From positions 1 to 64,000 of IMG/VR virus record IMGVR_UViG_3300021399_000103: a stretch of 64,000 nt of DNA; one strand, 5' to 3'. How positions within the stretch are numbered: the first letter of the stretch is position 1; every line of letters starts with the position of its first letter. Shown one piece after another: positions 1 to 9,190 of this stretch. Below the pieces are notes generated by a model. That model was not told the DNA's origin and made no database searches. It worked only from the letters and a program-made list of their open reading frames with translations. This stretch comes from a virus (lineage: Duplodnaviria; Caudoviricetes). Both the position numbers and the translations under genes were made by a program.

Positions 1-132
1 TCAATAGGCAAGCCCCACTTTTTTTGGGAAAAATAATTTTTTATTTTTTTCTTAAAAAACTCTTGACAAAAATTGCGTGATCCGGTATACTGCGAAAATC
101 TGGTCGCCACAGCCGGCGGCGACCAGCCAAAC

Positions 133-154
133 AAAAAAGCCCCCATTGGGGGCT
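133..154 (-). terminator. intrinsic terminator
   Basis: AGCCCCC-AAT-GGGGGCT followed by T6 on the minus strand, right after the stop of 160-492. Confidence 0.75.
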
Positions 155-159
155 ATCGC

Positions 160-492
160 TTAGGCGACCGTGAAGATGGTAGCCTTGCCGTCCTTAGCCT
201 TGACGACCTCGCCACTGTCGACCATCTGCTTGAGCAGAGCAGAAGCCTTCTGAACGGAGACGTCAACCGCCTTGCCTACTGCGGTGGCAGTCATGCCCTC
301 AGAATCAGCGAGCACGTCGAGCATCTGAGCCTTGATGCCCTCGTTCTCCTTCTGAACCTTGGTAGGCTTGCGTTCACCTGTGGACTTGCGGACGGACTTC
401 AGTGCTCTCTCAACGAGGAAGTTGAACTGCTCTTCTGTGAGTGTGTCGAATGCGATAGCGTTGATCTGTTCTGTAATAGTTGTCTTTGTCAT
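160..492 (-). CDS. winged helix-turn-helix protein (paralog 1 of 3)
   Basis: KPTKxQxxN...HTH (SVQKASALLKQMV)...wing pattern shared with 1797-2150 and 3754-4095. Own TTGACA/TATTAT promoter and AAAGGT RBS. Confidence 0.75.
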   Translation of the reverse strand: MTKTTITEQINAIAFDTLTEEQFNFLVERALKSVRKSTGERKPTKVQKENEGIKAQMLDVLADSEGMTATAVGKAVDVSVQKASALLKQMVDSGEVVKAKDGKATIFTVA

Positions 493-584
493 GTGTAATC
501 ACCTTTTAACCTTTCTTTTTACACTTATATAATATCATGTTTTTTTAATTTGTCAATACTTTTTGAAGATTTTTTTTAAATTTT

Positions 585-863
585 TTGGTTATTTTACAGG
601 GACTGCCCGCCCTGTAAGGTTACCATCCTAAGTGGTTATTTCGTGTCTCTCTCACTCTCACGGCTTTGGTCTTCTATTTGGGAGTCGGCTCCCCCACTTC
701 CTTGATTGCTCCTCTTGGACAAGTCTTGTTGTAAGAACTAAACCTCAACCATTGGTAACCCCCATGGTAAGGGACATGTGTTTTCTCTCAGTGTTCATGC
801 CCACTATTAGAAGTTCGCGTGTTCTAATGCACTGATTTGTGGAGTTTTCCTTCTCCTTTTTAC
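585..863 (-). ncRNA. candidate ~280-nt structured ncRNA
   Basis: Promoter TTGACA(897-892)/TATACT(875-870) with no credible ORF downstream. Several hairpins: ATTAGAA/TTCTAAT, GGGAG/CTCCC, TTACAGGG/CCCTGTAA. Confidence 0.5.
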
Positions 864-1188
864 ACTATTAGTATAACACTTTTTTTTAATTTGTCAAGAG
901 GTTTTGGCAACTTTTTTTCAATTTTTTTATTGCCCTCAACCTACGGAGTTATTTCACACACGATTCGGGTAGTTCCTACTCCCTCTTGACATTATTAGTA
1001 TACCATAGGATGAGAGCCTTGTCAAGACTTTTTTTAACTTTTTTTCAAGTTTTTTTGAGTGCTGACTTGGTGCGGCTCTCTATCCTTGGTACATCTATAA
1101 TAATAATGATTTATTTTTAAATGTCAACAGTTTTAGGAAAATTTTTATAAGTTATTTTTTTCACAAGTTCGCCCCGGAAGAACCGACT

Positions 1189-1258
1189 TTGTGAATTTTT
1201 TCACATGTACGGAGTTAGTGCCCGCTAACTACACACGCGCTTGTGAATTTTTTCACAA
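1189..1258. promoter_or_regulatory. two Rex-type operators (TTGTGAA-N4-TTCACAA)
   Basis: 1241-1258 is a perfect match; 1189-1206 has one mismatch. Confidence 0.7.
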
Positions 1259-1294
1259 ACTTTGCGCACCGGGCGGTTAGCTGCGACTAACTAT

Positions 1295-1310
1295 TGTTTC
1301 ACGTGAAACA
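1295..1310. promoter_or_regulatory. parS: parS site (ParB/Spo0J binding)
   Basis: TGTTTCACGTGAAACA, an exact 16-bp match to the bacterial parS consensus. Confidence 0.85.
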
Positions 1311-1320
1311 AAAAAAGCCG

Positions 1321-1737
1321 TTAGGCTTTTTTCGCACGATGCTTTGTAAGTTTTACAGTGTAAGCATTTTCGTTGTAAGTGAAACTGATTTCAGCTTCAT
1401 TCTTGAAAGTCAGATTTTCAATTTCACCGTTCAACTGAAACCCTTCAAGCGGAATCCGCAAGATATCGAAAATGTGCTTTTTATCTTCATCAACTTTTCT
1501 CTCTCTTGGGGTTTCCTGTTTTGCTCTTGGTTTTCTTTCGGCTTTCGTTACGGAGCGAACAAGCTTTTTCTGTTCGTCAGTCAGTGCGAACAATTCTTTG
1601 TCGCCTTTGTCGATAGCGTCGTCGCATTCAATCAGATCGATCGCTTCTTCTCTTGAGCATTTCAGAGTTTTCATGTGTTTCTGAATGAGTGCTTCATACT
1701 GTTCATTTGTGCGTTTAGCCATTGGGTTATACCTCAC
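1321..1737 (-). CDS. hypothetical protein
   Basis: 138-aa ORF with its own promoter. The start may be the ATG at 1722 behind GAGG. Confidence 0.7.
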   Translation of the reverse strand: MRYNPMAKRTNEQYEALIQKHMKTLKCSREEAIDLIECDDAIDKGDKELFALTDEQKKLVRSVTKAERKPRAKQETPRERKVDEDKKHIFDILRIPLEGFQLNGEIENLTFKNEAEISFTYNENAYTVKLTKHRAKKA

Positions 1738-1796
1738 TTTCTGTAATAATTATAGCTTAGGGAAGGGGTTTTGTCAACCCCTTTCCCAAACTTTTT

Positions 1797-2150
1797 TTAG
1801 GCTTTTGTGAAGTAAGCTCTTCCTTTTTCTTCAGTTCTGATAACTCTTCCATCAAGTCTCAAACCTCTTACAAGAGCCGAAACCTTATTCCCTGAAAATT
1901 CTTTCAGTTCATCAATTGCCTGATGGATTTCAGTTACAGTATAACGTTTTCCATCTTCCATTCTCTCATAAATCAGATTCATGAGTTCAGCATTGGCAAG
2001 CTGATTCTTTGTAGGTTTTGTGGACTTGCGTTCATTCTTTTTCGCAAGCAGATCGAGTTCATGGTTGATGAATGCGATTTCAGTTTCATCTGTCAGATGT
2101 GTGCGAATCTGTTCGAACATTTCTCTTTTTGTCATTTTTGCGTTTGTCAT
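1797..2150 (-). CDS. winged helix-turn-helix protein (paralog 2 of 3)
   Basis: MTKREM...HELDLLAKKN...KPTKNQ...KVSALVR...KGRAYF. Confidence 0.75.
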   Translation of the reverse strand: MTNAKMTKREMFEQIRTHLTDETEIAFINHELDLLAKKNERKSTKPTKNQLANAELMNLIYERMEDGKRYTVTEIHQAIDELKEFSGNKVSALVRGLRLDGRVIRTEEKGRAYFTKA

Positions 2151-2612
2151 ACTTAATCACCTTTAACCTTTCTTTGTGCTTTTATTATAGCATCTCTTTG
2201 TTTTTTTGTCAAGAGGTTTTTTCAGATTTTTTTTAAGAAGATTCTTTTTTCTCTCTTCCCTTTTGACACTTATATAATAGCATTTTTAGAAATAATGTCA
2301 AGAGATTTTTTAAACTTTTTTTTGAAAGTTTTTTGTATCTCTTTTTTATTTCTATAATAATTATATCATTTTTTAAAAAATTGTCAACAAAAAAATTTGC
2401 TAATTTTTTCACAAAGTCGCCCGGGATCCCGCAAAAATCACATAATTTCACATAATTTTTCTCTTGACTTCTGGACGTGAGTGTGCTATAATTTTCGGTC
2501 GTTAGCGGCAGCTAACCGGCAACCGCAAATAAAGAAAAAAAATTTTTAAAAAAGTGTTGACATTATTTCCAAGAGTGCTATAATTAATACAGTAAAAGGA
2601 AGGTACAAAAAA

Positions 2613-3326
2613 ATGGCTTATTACATGACTATTGATACAGAAACTACAAATTCATTCGATGATGCTCTTGTGTATGACTTAGGGCTTGCGATTCATGATG
2701 AAAGCGGAAACGTGTTTCACACTGAAAGCTATGTTATTGCGGAAATCTTCTGTAATGATGAATTGATGAAGGTTGCTTATTTTGCGGAAAAGATTCCTAC
2801 CTATTGGAAAGAAATCAAGGAAGGAAAAAGAATTCTCACAACATTCAGAAACGCAAGAAATGAAGTTTTGTCTCTGATGAAGAGATACAATGTTAAAGCA
2901 ATAATTGCTCATAACGCTTATTTCGATTATAACGCATTGAATACAACATTGCGTTATCTCACTCAATCAAGAAAAAGATTTTTCTTCCCTTGGGGTTCTG
3001 TAATGTGGGATTCTCTGAGAATGGCAAAAACTACTCTTGGAAAAGATGAAAAATACACTTCTTGGTGTATTGAAAATAATTATCTTACTGAGAAATACAG
3101 AAAGCCGAAAATGACTGCTGAGGTATTGTATAGATACTTAACAAACAACCATGCATTCATGGAAGAACATACAGGACTCGCTGATGTAATGATTGAAAAA
3201 GAAATCACCGCTTACTTCCTCAAGAGAAACCATGCAGGCATGAAAAAGTGTTTGTTCAATCCTCGCAAGGAAGAAGATGTAAAAACCATGCTTGAATGGT
3301 GGACTGATAGTTTACTCTGTGAGTAA
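2613..3326 (+). CDS. DEDDh (DnaQ-like) 3'-5' exonuclease
   Basis: ExoI IDTET, ExoII HNAYFD, ExoIII HTGLAD. Promoter at 2557-2584 and AGGAAGG RBS. Confidence 0.85.
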   Translation: MAYYMTIDTETTNSFDDALVYDLGLAIHDESGNVFHTESYVIAEIFCNDELMKVAYFAEKIPTYWKEIKEGKRILTTFRNARNEVLSLMKRYNVKAIIAHNAYFDYNALNTTLRYLTQSRKRFFFPWGSVMWDSLRMAKTTLGKDEKYTSWCIENNYLTEKYRKPKMTAEVLYRYLTNNHAFMEEHTGLADVMIEKEITAYFLKRNHAGMKKCLFNPRKEEDVKTMLEWWTDSLLCE

Positions 3327-3521
3327 ACTTTTTGTTTACTATTAGTAAACTTGGCACGCCAAGAGACGTTGTCATACTGTGCACACAGGTCCAGGTGTGC
3401 CGTTCCGGGATTTTAAAATTTTTTAATTTTTTCGCAAAAATCGCTTGACAAATTGTCGGCGGTGTGTTATACTGGAAAAACTGCGCGCCTGGACCGTGGG
3501 CGCGCAGCCAATAAGCTAAAT

Positions 3522-3558
3522 AAAAAACCGCTGACCCAAGGAGGAGGAGGTCAGACGG
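3522..3558 (-). terminator. terminator hairpin with CCUCCUCCUCCUU loop
   Basis: Minus strand CCGTCTGACC-TCCTCCTCCTT-GGGTCAGCGG-TTTTTT. Confidence 0.65.
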
Positions 3559-3653
3559 CTCAAGCGTCTAAATGGTGAGCTTTAGGTCAGCTCAAACCGC
3601 TCATGCGTCTTTTTGATTTCAGTCAAGAACTGATTTGCTTTAAACTTGACCAA

Positions 3654-3725
3654 TGCGCCCTGTGGGAGTTGAACCCACACTCCACCGATTAAGAGTCGGT
3701 TGCTTTACCATTAAGCTAAGGGCGC
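3654..3725 (-). tRNA. trnK: tRNA-Lys(CTT)
   Basis: Cloverleaf with GCGCCCT/AGGGCGC acceptor stem, TAGCTTAATGGTAAAGC D arm, ACCGA-CTCTTAA-TCGGT anticodon arm and GGTTCAACTCC T arm. No encoded CCA. Confidence 0.92.
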
Positions 3726-3753
3726 AAGAGGGAGGGGCTTTCGCCCCTTGCGA

Positions 3754-4095
3754 CTACTCAGCGAGTCCGAATGTAGCCTTGACCTTGCCTTTGGCTTCAG
3801 CCACCTTGACGAACTTTGCGTTTCTGTTCAGAATCGCACTTGCTTTCTGATTGCTGATGTTGAACGCTTCTTCGATCTGTCCGCAAGTTACCGCTCCATT
3901 CTCAGCGATAAATTCAGCGATCTTTTCAGCGAGTTCAGCGTTAGCGACCTGTGCTTTGCTTGGCTTGTTGGACTTGTAATTCTTCTTTTTGTCGAGCAAC
4001 TCAAGTTCGTGTCCGCAGAATCCTACAATCTCAGCATCGTTAGCACATACAGTCATAATCTTGTTCAGCATTTCTCTCTTTGTCATGGTCATCAC
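3754..4095 (-). CDS. winged helix-turn-helix protein (paralog 3 of 3)
   Basis: MTKREM...HELELLDKK...KPSKAQ...SNQKASAIL. Confidence 0.75.
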   Translation of the reverse strand: MMTMTKREMLNKIMTVCANDAEIVGFCGHELELLDKKKNYKSNKPSKAQVANAELAEKIAEFIAENGAVTCGQIEEAFNISNQKASAILNRNAKFVKVAEAKGKVKATFGLAE

Positions 4096-4454
4096 CTTTT
4101 TACCTTTCTTTTTACACTATTAGTATACAACTTTTGTGGGGAGTTGTCAACCCCTTTTTTCAACTTTTTTTATTTTTTTACAGTGATTCTTTTTTTCTCT
4201 CACCAACCAAGCAGATTGACGGTTGCTGATTCAGCGGTTGTCGCTCTTTCTTTTGGTACACTCTTATTATAGCATCTTTCAGCTATTTGTCAAGTACTTT
4301 TTTTAATTTTTTTTAATTTTTTTATGTGGGCGCCCATCTCCCACGTGGGCGTTAGTTCGGCGGATCTCTCATACCTTTCTCCTTACGCTTATATTGTAGC
4401 ACTCTTGGATTTTTTGTCAAGCACTTTTTTAATTTTTTTCTAAAAGATTAATTT

Positions 4455-4631
4455 TTATTCAACTTCAATCTCATTAATCCTTGTCCTCATATCAAGGTCT
4501 TTTTCTTCTTTATGGAAGTTTTCAGTGTATTTTACCGCTTTTTCTCTTGTAGAGAAATATCTTCTTCTTGAAGATTCCATTCCAAACATTCTCGCACGAG
4601 AATTAAAGATTTCTACTTCATAAATAATCAT
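4455..4631 (-). CDS. small hypothetical protein (58 aa, MIIYEVEIF...)
   Basis: Hand-translated ATG..TAA behind the standard promoter + GAGG module. Confidence 0.65.
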   Translation of the reverse strand: MIIYEVEIFNSRARMFGMESSRRRYFSTREKAVKYTENFHKEEKDLDMRTRINEIEVE

Positions 4632-4712
4632 TTTTTGTTCCTCTCTTTCTTTACACTATTATTATAGCACTTTTGGATTTTTTGTCAATACTTTTTTTTA
4701 ATTTTTTTGTTT

Positions 4713-4796
4713 AGGTTTGGGAAGTTATGTTCGGCGTTTCCGCTCACAGTCCTTCAACTCTTTCAAGTTCTCGGCTCTCTCTCGCTTCCCTTACCT
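4713..4796 (-). ncRNA. candidate small structured RNA with GAAA tetraloops
   Basis: Promoter upstream, closing stem GGGAAG/CTTCCC, hairpins AACTT-GAAA-GAGTT and GCG-GAAA-CGC, no ORF. Confidence 0.45.
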
Positions 4797-4912
4797 TACA
4801 TCTATAATAATAATGATTTATTTTAAAATGTCAACACTTTTGGAGAAAAAAATCATTTTTTTATTAATTAATTTTTTCACAAGCGTGCCCGGGCGCATTT
4901 AAAAAACCCGCT

Positions 4913-5578
4913 TTAGAAAGCGAGTTTTCTCATTGGCTTGTGTTGAGCCATACATTTTACAGTGATAGCAATTTCGATTAATACATCATCAAGTCCCTGA
5001 TGTTCTTCTGTAAAGTCGTTATCTTTTGAAATGTATTTGTAAAGAATTTCAGCGGTTTTTCTTACTTTTCCATTCTTACAGAGATAACCATTTTTTTCAC
5101 AGAATTTAATATATCTTTTTTGCTTACAGATCGTATCTTCCGCCATTTTCATTGAATCGTAAAGCGGTACACCATAAGGAAGAAAGTATCTGTATTTTGA
5201 TTTTGAAGTGTAGCGAATTGTAGTAGTTAATGAACGGTAATCAAATCGTGCATTATGTGCGATAATTGCTTTTACATTGTATTTATCGCATAATTCTTTT
5301 ACGATCTTTTTAGCGGTGAATACGCTGATCATTTTGCGATTTCCGCTTTTTAATGCGGTTTCATATTTTGGTAATTTTTCCGCATAGTAAGAAGATTTCA
5401 TTAAATCTTTTTCTCTTGCGTAAATGTCATAAATTACATAGCTTGCGGTTTCGTAAATGTTTCCATGCTTATCATGAATAGCGAGACCTAAATCATAAGC
5501 GAGCGGACAATCTAAACTATTGGCGGTCTCAGTGTCAATAGTCATGTAATAAGTTCTGCGCTTGTCAATTTTTTTCAT
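4913..5578 (-). CDS. DEDDh 3'-5' exonuclease (paralog of 2613-3326)
   Basis: IDTET, HNARFD and HQGLDD motifs. Confidence 0.85.
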   Translation of the reverse strand: MKKIDKRRTYYMTIDTETANSLDCPLAYDLGLAIHDKHGNIYETASYVIYDIYAREKDLMKSSYYAEKLPKYETALKSGNRKMISVFTAKKIVKELCDKYNVKAIIAHNARFDYRSLTTTIRYTSKSKYRYFLPYGVPLYDSMKMAEDTICKQKRYIKFCEKNGYLCKNGKVRKTAEILYKYISKDNDFTEEHQGLDDVLIEIAITVKCMAQHKPMRKLAF

Positions 5579-5762
5579 TTCAAATTTACCTCACTTTTTA
5601 CTCTTAAATTATAGCATTTTCAAATGAAAAGTCAACCCAAAATTTAGGGATTTTTAAAAATAAAATCAAAATAAAATCAAAAAATCACTTGACATTTGGC
5701 GGGCTGATGTGGTATAATTTTCTATCGTTAGCGGGAACTAACTGCCTGGGCGCATAAAAAAA

Positions 5763-6170
5763 TCAACCCCACAGTTCAGCAGGATTGATTGCTTTTCCTC
5801 TCCAAGAGTTGCGGATAGGTTCAGAATCATCGACAAGAATTGCATTTTCAGAATTTTTCAAATTCTTGTTATGACCATACGCTCTGTAAATTCTTTTTGT
5901 GATTGAAGGGAAGAATTTATCGAGCCATTCATTCTTTTTTTCAATGACTTTATCACAGTATTCTTTACTTGCGTTTAATGGCGTCATACTCAGAACTCTT
6001 ACATCATACTCATCAGAAGGGAAGAAGATTCTCAGTGTTTCTTCTGTGATGATTCTTCTATCACCACCGAATACCTCAGCATCCTCAGCACGCAATTTTT
6101 CAAGCCATCCATCCTGACCATACAGATCGAAGATTGTTCCATCCATGTCTAAGTAAACGATTTTTCTCAT
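5763..6170 (-). CDS. HAD-superfamily phosphatase (5'/3'-nucleotidase-like)
   Basis: Motif I LDMDGTIFD and motif IV ILVDD. Ends in TGA. Confidence 0.75.
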   Translation of the reverse strand: MRKIVYLDMDGTIFDLYGQDGWLEKLRAEDAEVFGGDRRIITEETLRIFFPSDEYDVRVLSMTPLNASKEYCDKVIEKKNEWLDKFFPSITKRIYRAYGHNKNLKNSENAILVDDSEPIRNSWRGKAINPAELWG

Positions 6171-6246
6171 TTTTTTACCTCTCTTTACATTATTTATTAT
6201 AGCATCTTATTTTTTAATGTCAATAGTTTTTTCAAAAAAAAGTGTA

Positions 6247-6456
6247 TTATTTATAATAATAATACGCTTCATCAATAGTCAAAGGTTTGCCAGGATCCCA
6301 GGCGGCATTTTCACTTTGCTCTCTTTTTTCTTTCTTTTCTTTTTCTTCAAGTTCCGCAATTCTGTATTTTAAATTACGAATTTCATCTAAAGCATCTTCG
6401 TAGTTTTGGCGATAAATCTCAGCCATGTCAAGTTCGCAGTAATTTTTATCAAACAT
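6247..6456 (-). CDS. hypothetical coiled-coil protein
   Basis: ORF with GAGG RBS. Confidence 0.6.
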   Translation of the reverse strand: MFDKNYCELDMAEIYRQNYEDALDEIRNLKYRIAELEEKEKKEKREQSENAAWDPGKPLTIDEAYYYYK

Positions 6457-6499
6457 TTCTTTTACCTCTCTTTTTTTATAGTATTATTTTAACATTTTT

Positions 6500-6997
6500 T
6501 TAAAATTTTGTCAATAGTGAAGATTTTATTTTGTGCATTTTTTCATAGTGTCGAATTGCGCAATTAAATCTATGATTCCATTTGCGCATGGCGGTCTCGT
6601 TCTGCCTGTAAACTAAAACCGCATACTCTGTAGCTTTTTTCTCTATTGGAAGATTAAAGTAGGCTTGGCAATACTCAGAATCAGCGACATTTTCAAGAGC
6701 CTTTTCTGTTGCTTGTTCTGTCCATTCTTTATCAGTGAATAAATCAACTGTATAATGATGCCCTAGCTCATGCAGTATGGACATAGTGAAAACATTTTCA
6801 TTCGTTAAGTTAAAGTTGAAATTTTCTTTCAGAAATTTTTTCCATTCACTATTGGCTTCTGTTGGCTCGTCATAAGTAAATGTTATGACCTCATCGTCAG
6901 GCATAAAACAAAACATGTTCGCTTCATAGACTGAACACACACCACCAATAAACTTGTTAATCCATTTTTCCATCTTCATACTTTTATTATAACACAT
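6500..6997 (-). CDS. HExxH metalloprotease-like protein
   Basis: ILHELGHH motif with a downstream E..A helix. Start codon uncertain. Confidence 0.6.
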   Translation of the reverse strand: MCYNKSMKMEKWINKFIGGVCSVYEANMFCFMPDDEVITFTYDEPTEANSEWKKFLKENFNFNLTNENVFTMSILHELGHHYTVDLFTDKEWTEQATEKALENVADSEYCQAYFNLPIEKKATEYAVLVYRQNETAMRKWNHRFNCAIRHYEKMHKIKSSLLTKF

Positions 6998-7184
6998 TTT
7001 TTTATAATGTCAATAGGTTTTGTGAAAAAATTTTGCGTTTATGGCGCGCGCTACTTCCGCCAGAAAAATCTGCTTATGCTAAAACAACGCAATTTTCGCC
7101 CGCTGCACCCGGCGGCGGGCGACCAAAAAAAAGCCATATAGTATGGTTTTAGTATACCCCAAAAAGAAAAATGTCAAGTCTTTT

Positions 7185-7334
7185 TTAAAGATTTTCAAGT
7201 TCTTTTTCAAGTCTTGCCATTTCAGCTTTAAGCTCGGAAACTCTGCGGAAATTGTAACCTCTATCAGCCATTTCTTCGTAGAAGATTTCTTCGTCGATTG
7301 CGTGGATTCTTTTTTCAAGTTCTGTTCTTGTCAT
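7185..7334 (-). CDS. small coiled-coil protein (49 aa, MTRTELE...)
   Basis: Start reassigned to the ATG behind the AAAGAGG RBS. Confidence 0.6.
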   Translation of the reverse strand: MTRTELEKRIHAIDEEIFYEEMADRGYNFRRVSELKAEMARLEKELENL

Positions 7335-7432
7335 TTTATTTACCTCTTTCTTTTTACACTTATATAATAGCCGGTTTATTTTTTTTGTCAAGTACTTTTT
7401 TTAAATTTTTTTATTTTTTTTATAACAGATTG

Positions 7433-7873
7433 TCAAGCATTTTTCAGCTTGGCAATCTGTTTTGTGTTCATCAATGTAGCTGAATCAAGTTTAATTTGAA
7501 TCTGTTTTCCATTGACTTCAATGTCACCTTGTACCCAAAACGGAATATTATCTTTTTCCCAAACTTGACCGAAGTATTCAGTTACAAGCTTTTCGAAGAT
7601 TTCACCTTTGTTGTACTTTTCAGCTTTCAGCATTTCAGCAGAACCTAAGCAAATCGGATTTTTTTTCATCAATTGCTTTTTAAGATTCTTTTTGATTCTT
7701 AAGCGAAGGTTTTCACCTTGATTTCTACTTGCCTGTTCTACTGTTAAGAACCTTGGCATGATTTCCGCAACCTCTACCATGTAAAGCATTTTATTTTCGG
7801 TGAATCCTAAGATGTAGCTATCAGCAGCTGAATGGTTTCTATAATGTTTGATCAGTGTTCTTTTTGTTGTCAT
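7433..7873 (-). CDS. hypothetical protein (possible PD-(D/E)xK fold)
   Basis: GEIFE...GDIEV..QIK pattern. The TGA stop overlaps the next -35 box. Confidence 0.65.
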   Translation of the reverse strand: MTTKRTLIKHYRNHSAADSYILGFTENKMLYMVEVAEIMPRFLTVEQASRNQGENLRLRIKKNLKKQLMKKNPICLGSAEMLKAEKYNKGEIFEKLVTEYFGQVWEKDNIPFWVQGDIEVNGKQIQIKLDSATLMNTKQIAKLKNA

Positions 7874-7938
7874 TTCCTTTTCCTCTTTTCTTTTTACACT
7901 TATATAATAGCTTGTTTTTCCGGTTTGTCAACACCTTT

Positions 7939-8094
7939 TTATAAAACTTTTTCAAAAGTTTTTTCGATGTTTTCGAACACATAACCGCATCCGAACATGT
8001 CGCACAAGTCTTTCCAAGCGTCATCTTCATTCATGCGAATCATAGCGATTTCTTCACCAGTTAATGTATCAATAAATCTGTAAGCTGTTTTCAT
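7939..8094 (-). CDS. small hypothetical protein (51 aa, MKTAYRFID...)
   Basis: Hand-translated; promoter + GAGG RBS. Confidence 0.6.
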   Translation of the reverse strand: MKTAYRFIDTLTGEEIAMIRMNEDDAWKDLCDMFGCGYVFENIEKTFEKVL

Positions 8095-8321
8095 TTTTAT
8101 TACCTCTCTTTATTTACATTATTATTATAGCTTGTTTAAATTAAATGTCAATAGTTTTGGGAAAATTTTTTTCGGGAAATTTAAAAAAATTTTTTTAATT
8201 TTTTTGTTTTTTCCTCTTGACTTCTGGCTTCGTGCGTGGTATAATTTTCTGCCGTTAGCGGTGACTAACTCACTTGTGAATGTGATAACTTTCACAAACT
8301 TTCGCACAAAAAAAACAGAGG

Positions 8322-8450
8322 TTAGAACTCAACCCAGTTGGGATCTCCCTCTGTTTTCTCAAGGAACGCTTCCTCAACGATTTCCTTGGACTCAGCACTG
8401 ATTTCCAGTACTTCGAACGTTACAACGTTAACCCACATTTTTCTAAACAT
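8322..8450 (-). CDS. small acidic protein (42 aa, MFRKMWVN...)
   Basis: Hand-translated; promoter + GAGG RBS. Confidence 0.6.
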   Translation of the reverse strand: MFRKMWVNVVTFEVLEISAESKEIVEEAFLEKTEGDPNWVEF

Positions 8451-8516
8451 TTTCAATTCCTCTCTTTCTTTTTACACTTATATAATAGCATAAAAAAAGT
8501 GTTTGTCAACACTTTT

Positions 8517-8681
8517 TTAAAAAATAATTTCTTTGAAACGGAATGATGTATCGCTTTCTTCTTCTTTCTCAAATCCACAATAAGTATCGGTAAGATAATC
8601 TTCAATAGCAGTCTTTTTTACATAATCAGGAACATCAATAATAGCATCTTGTTCAATAATAACTTTAACTCTGACCATCAT
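8517..8681 (-). CDS. small acidic protein (54 aa)
   Basis: Hand-translated MMVRVKVIIEQD...; GAGGT RBS. Confidence 0.6.
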   Translation of the reverse strand: MMVRVKVIIEQDAIIDVPDYVKKTAIEDYLTDTYCGFEKEEESDTSFRFKEIIF

Positions 8682-8702
8682 TTTTATCACCTCTTTCTAT
8701 AA

Positions 8703-8864
8703 TTAGTATACCATAGAATGCTTACCTCTGCAAGCATTTTTTGAAGATTTTTTCTTTTTATCTTCAACTACTTTGTGACCGAGTTTGCGCAAGTTGCGGT
8801 TAAGTTCCTCATTCCGCAGATTGTACATGGTAATAGTTCCATTCTCATTTTTTCTCATTTTCAT
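8703..8864 (-). CDS. small basic protein (53 aa)
   Basis: Hand-translated MKMRKNE...HKVVEDKKKKSSKNACRGK; AGGAG RBS. Confidence 0.55.
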   Translation of the reverse strand: MKMRKNENGTITMYNLRNEELNRNLRKLGHKVVEDKKKKSSKNACRGKHSMVY

Positions 8865-8918
8865 CTTTTGGTCTCTCCTTTATTTACATTATTATTATAG
8901 CCTACTGGCTATAACTTG

Positions 8919-9134
8919 TCAATGTTTTTTATCATTATTTTCTACAAAAATTTTATAGTATTTTACCATTTGATCAACAGTTTCCCAACCATGTTTAGAT
9001 AATGTAACTTTAGCCATGTTTCCTTTAGTTTCCCTCCAACCAAAGAAACTATTAAATAAGTATCCTTTACTTTCAGCGTAAGTGCAAGCAATAACGTATT
9101 CAATGCTATTTTCATCAATCCATTTTGTTATCAT
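8919..9134 (-). CDS. hypothetical protein
   Basis: 71-aa ORF with RBS. The TGA stop overlaps the next TTGACA. Confidence 0.6.
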   Translation of the reverse strand: MITKWIDENSIEYVIACTYAESKGYLFNSFFGWRETKGNMAKVTLSKHGWETVDQMVKYYKIFVENNDKKH

Positions 9135-9190
9135 TTTTATTACCTCTTTCTATTATTATTATAATACTTTATTTTTATTTGTCAATACTT

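Noticed and set aside
3654-3725. Suppressor tRNA explaining the recoding
   Set aside because: The anticodon loop CT-CTT-AA gives Lys(CTT), not TCA.
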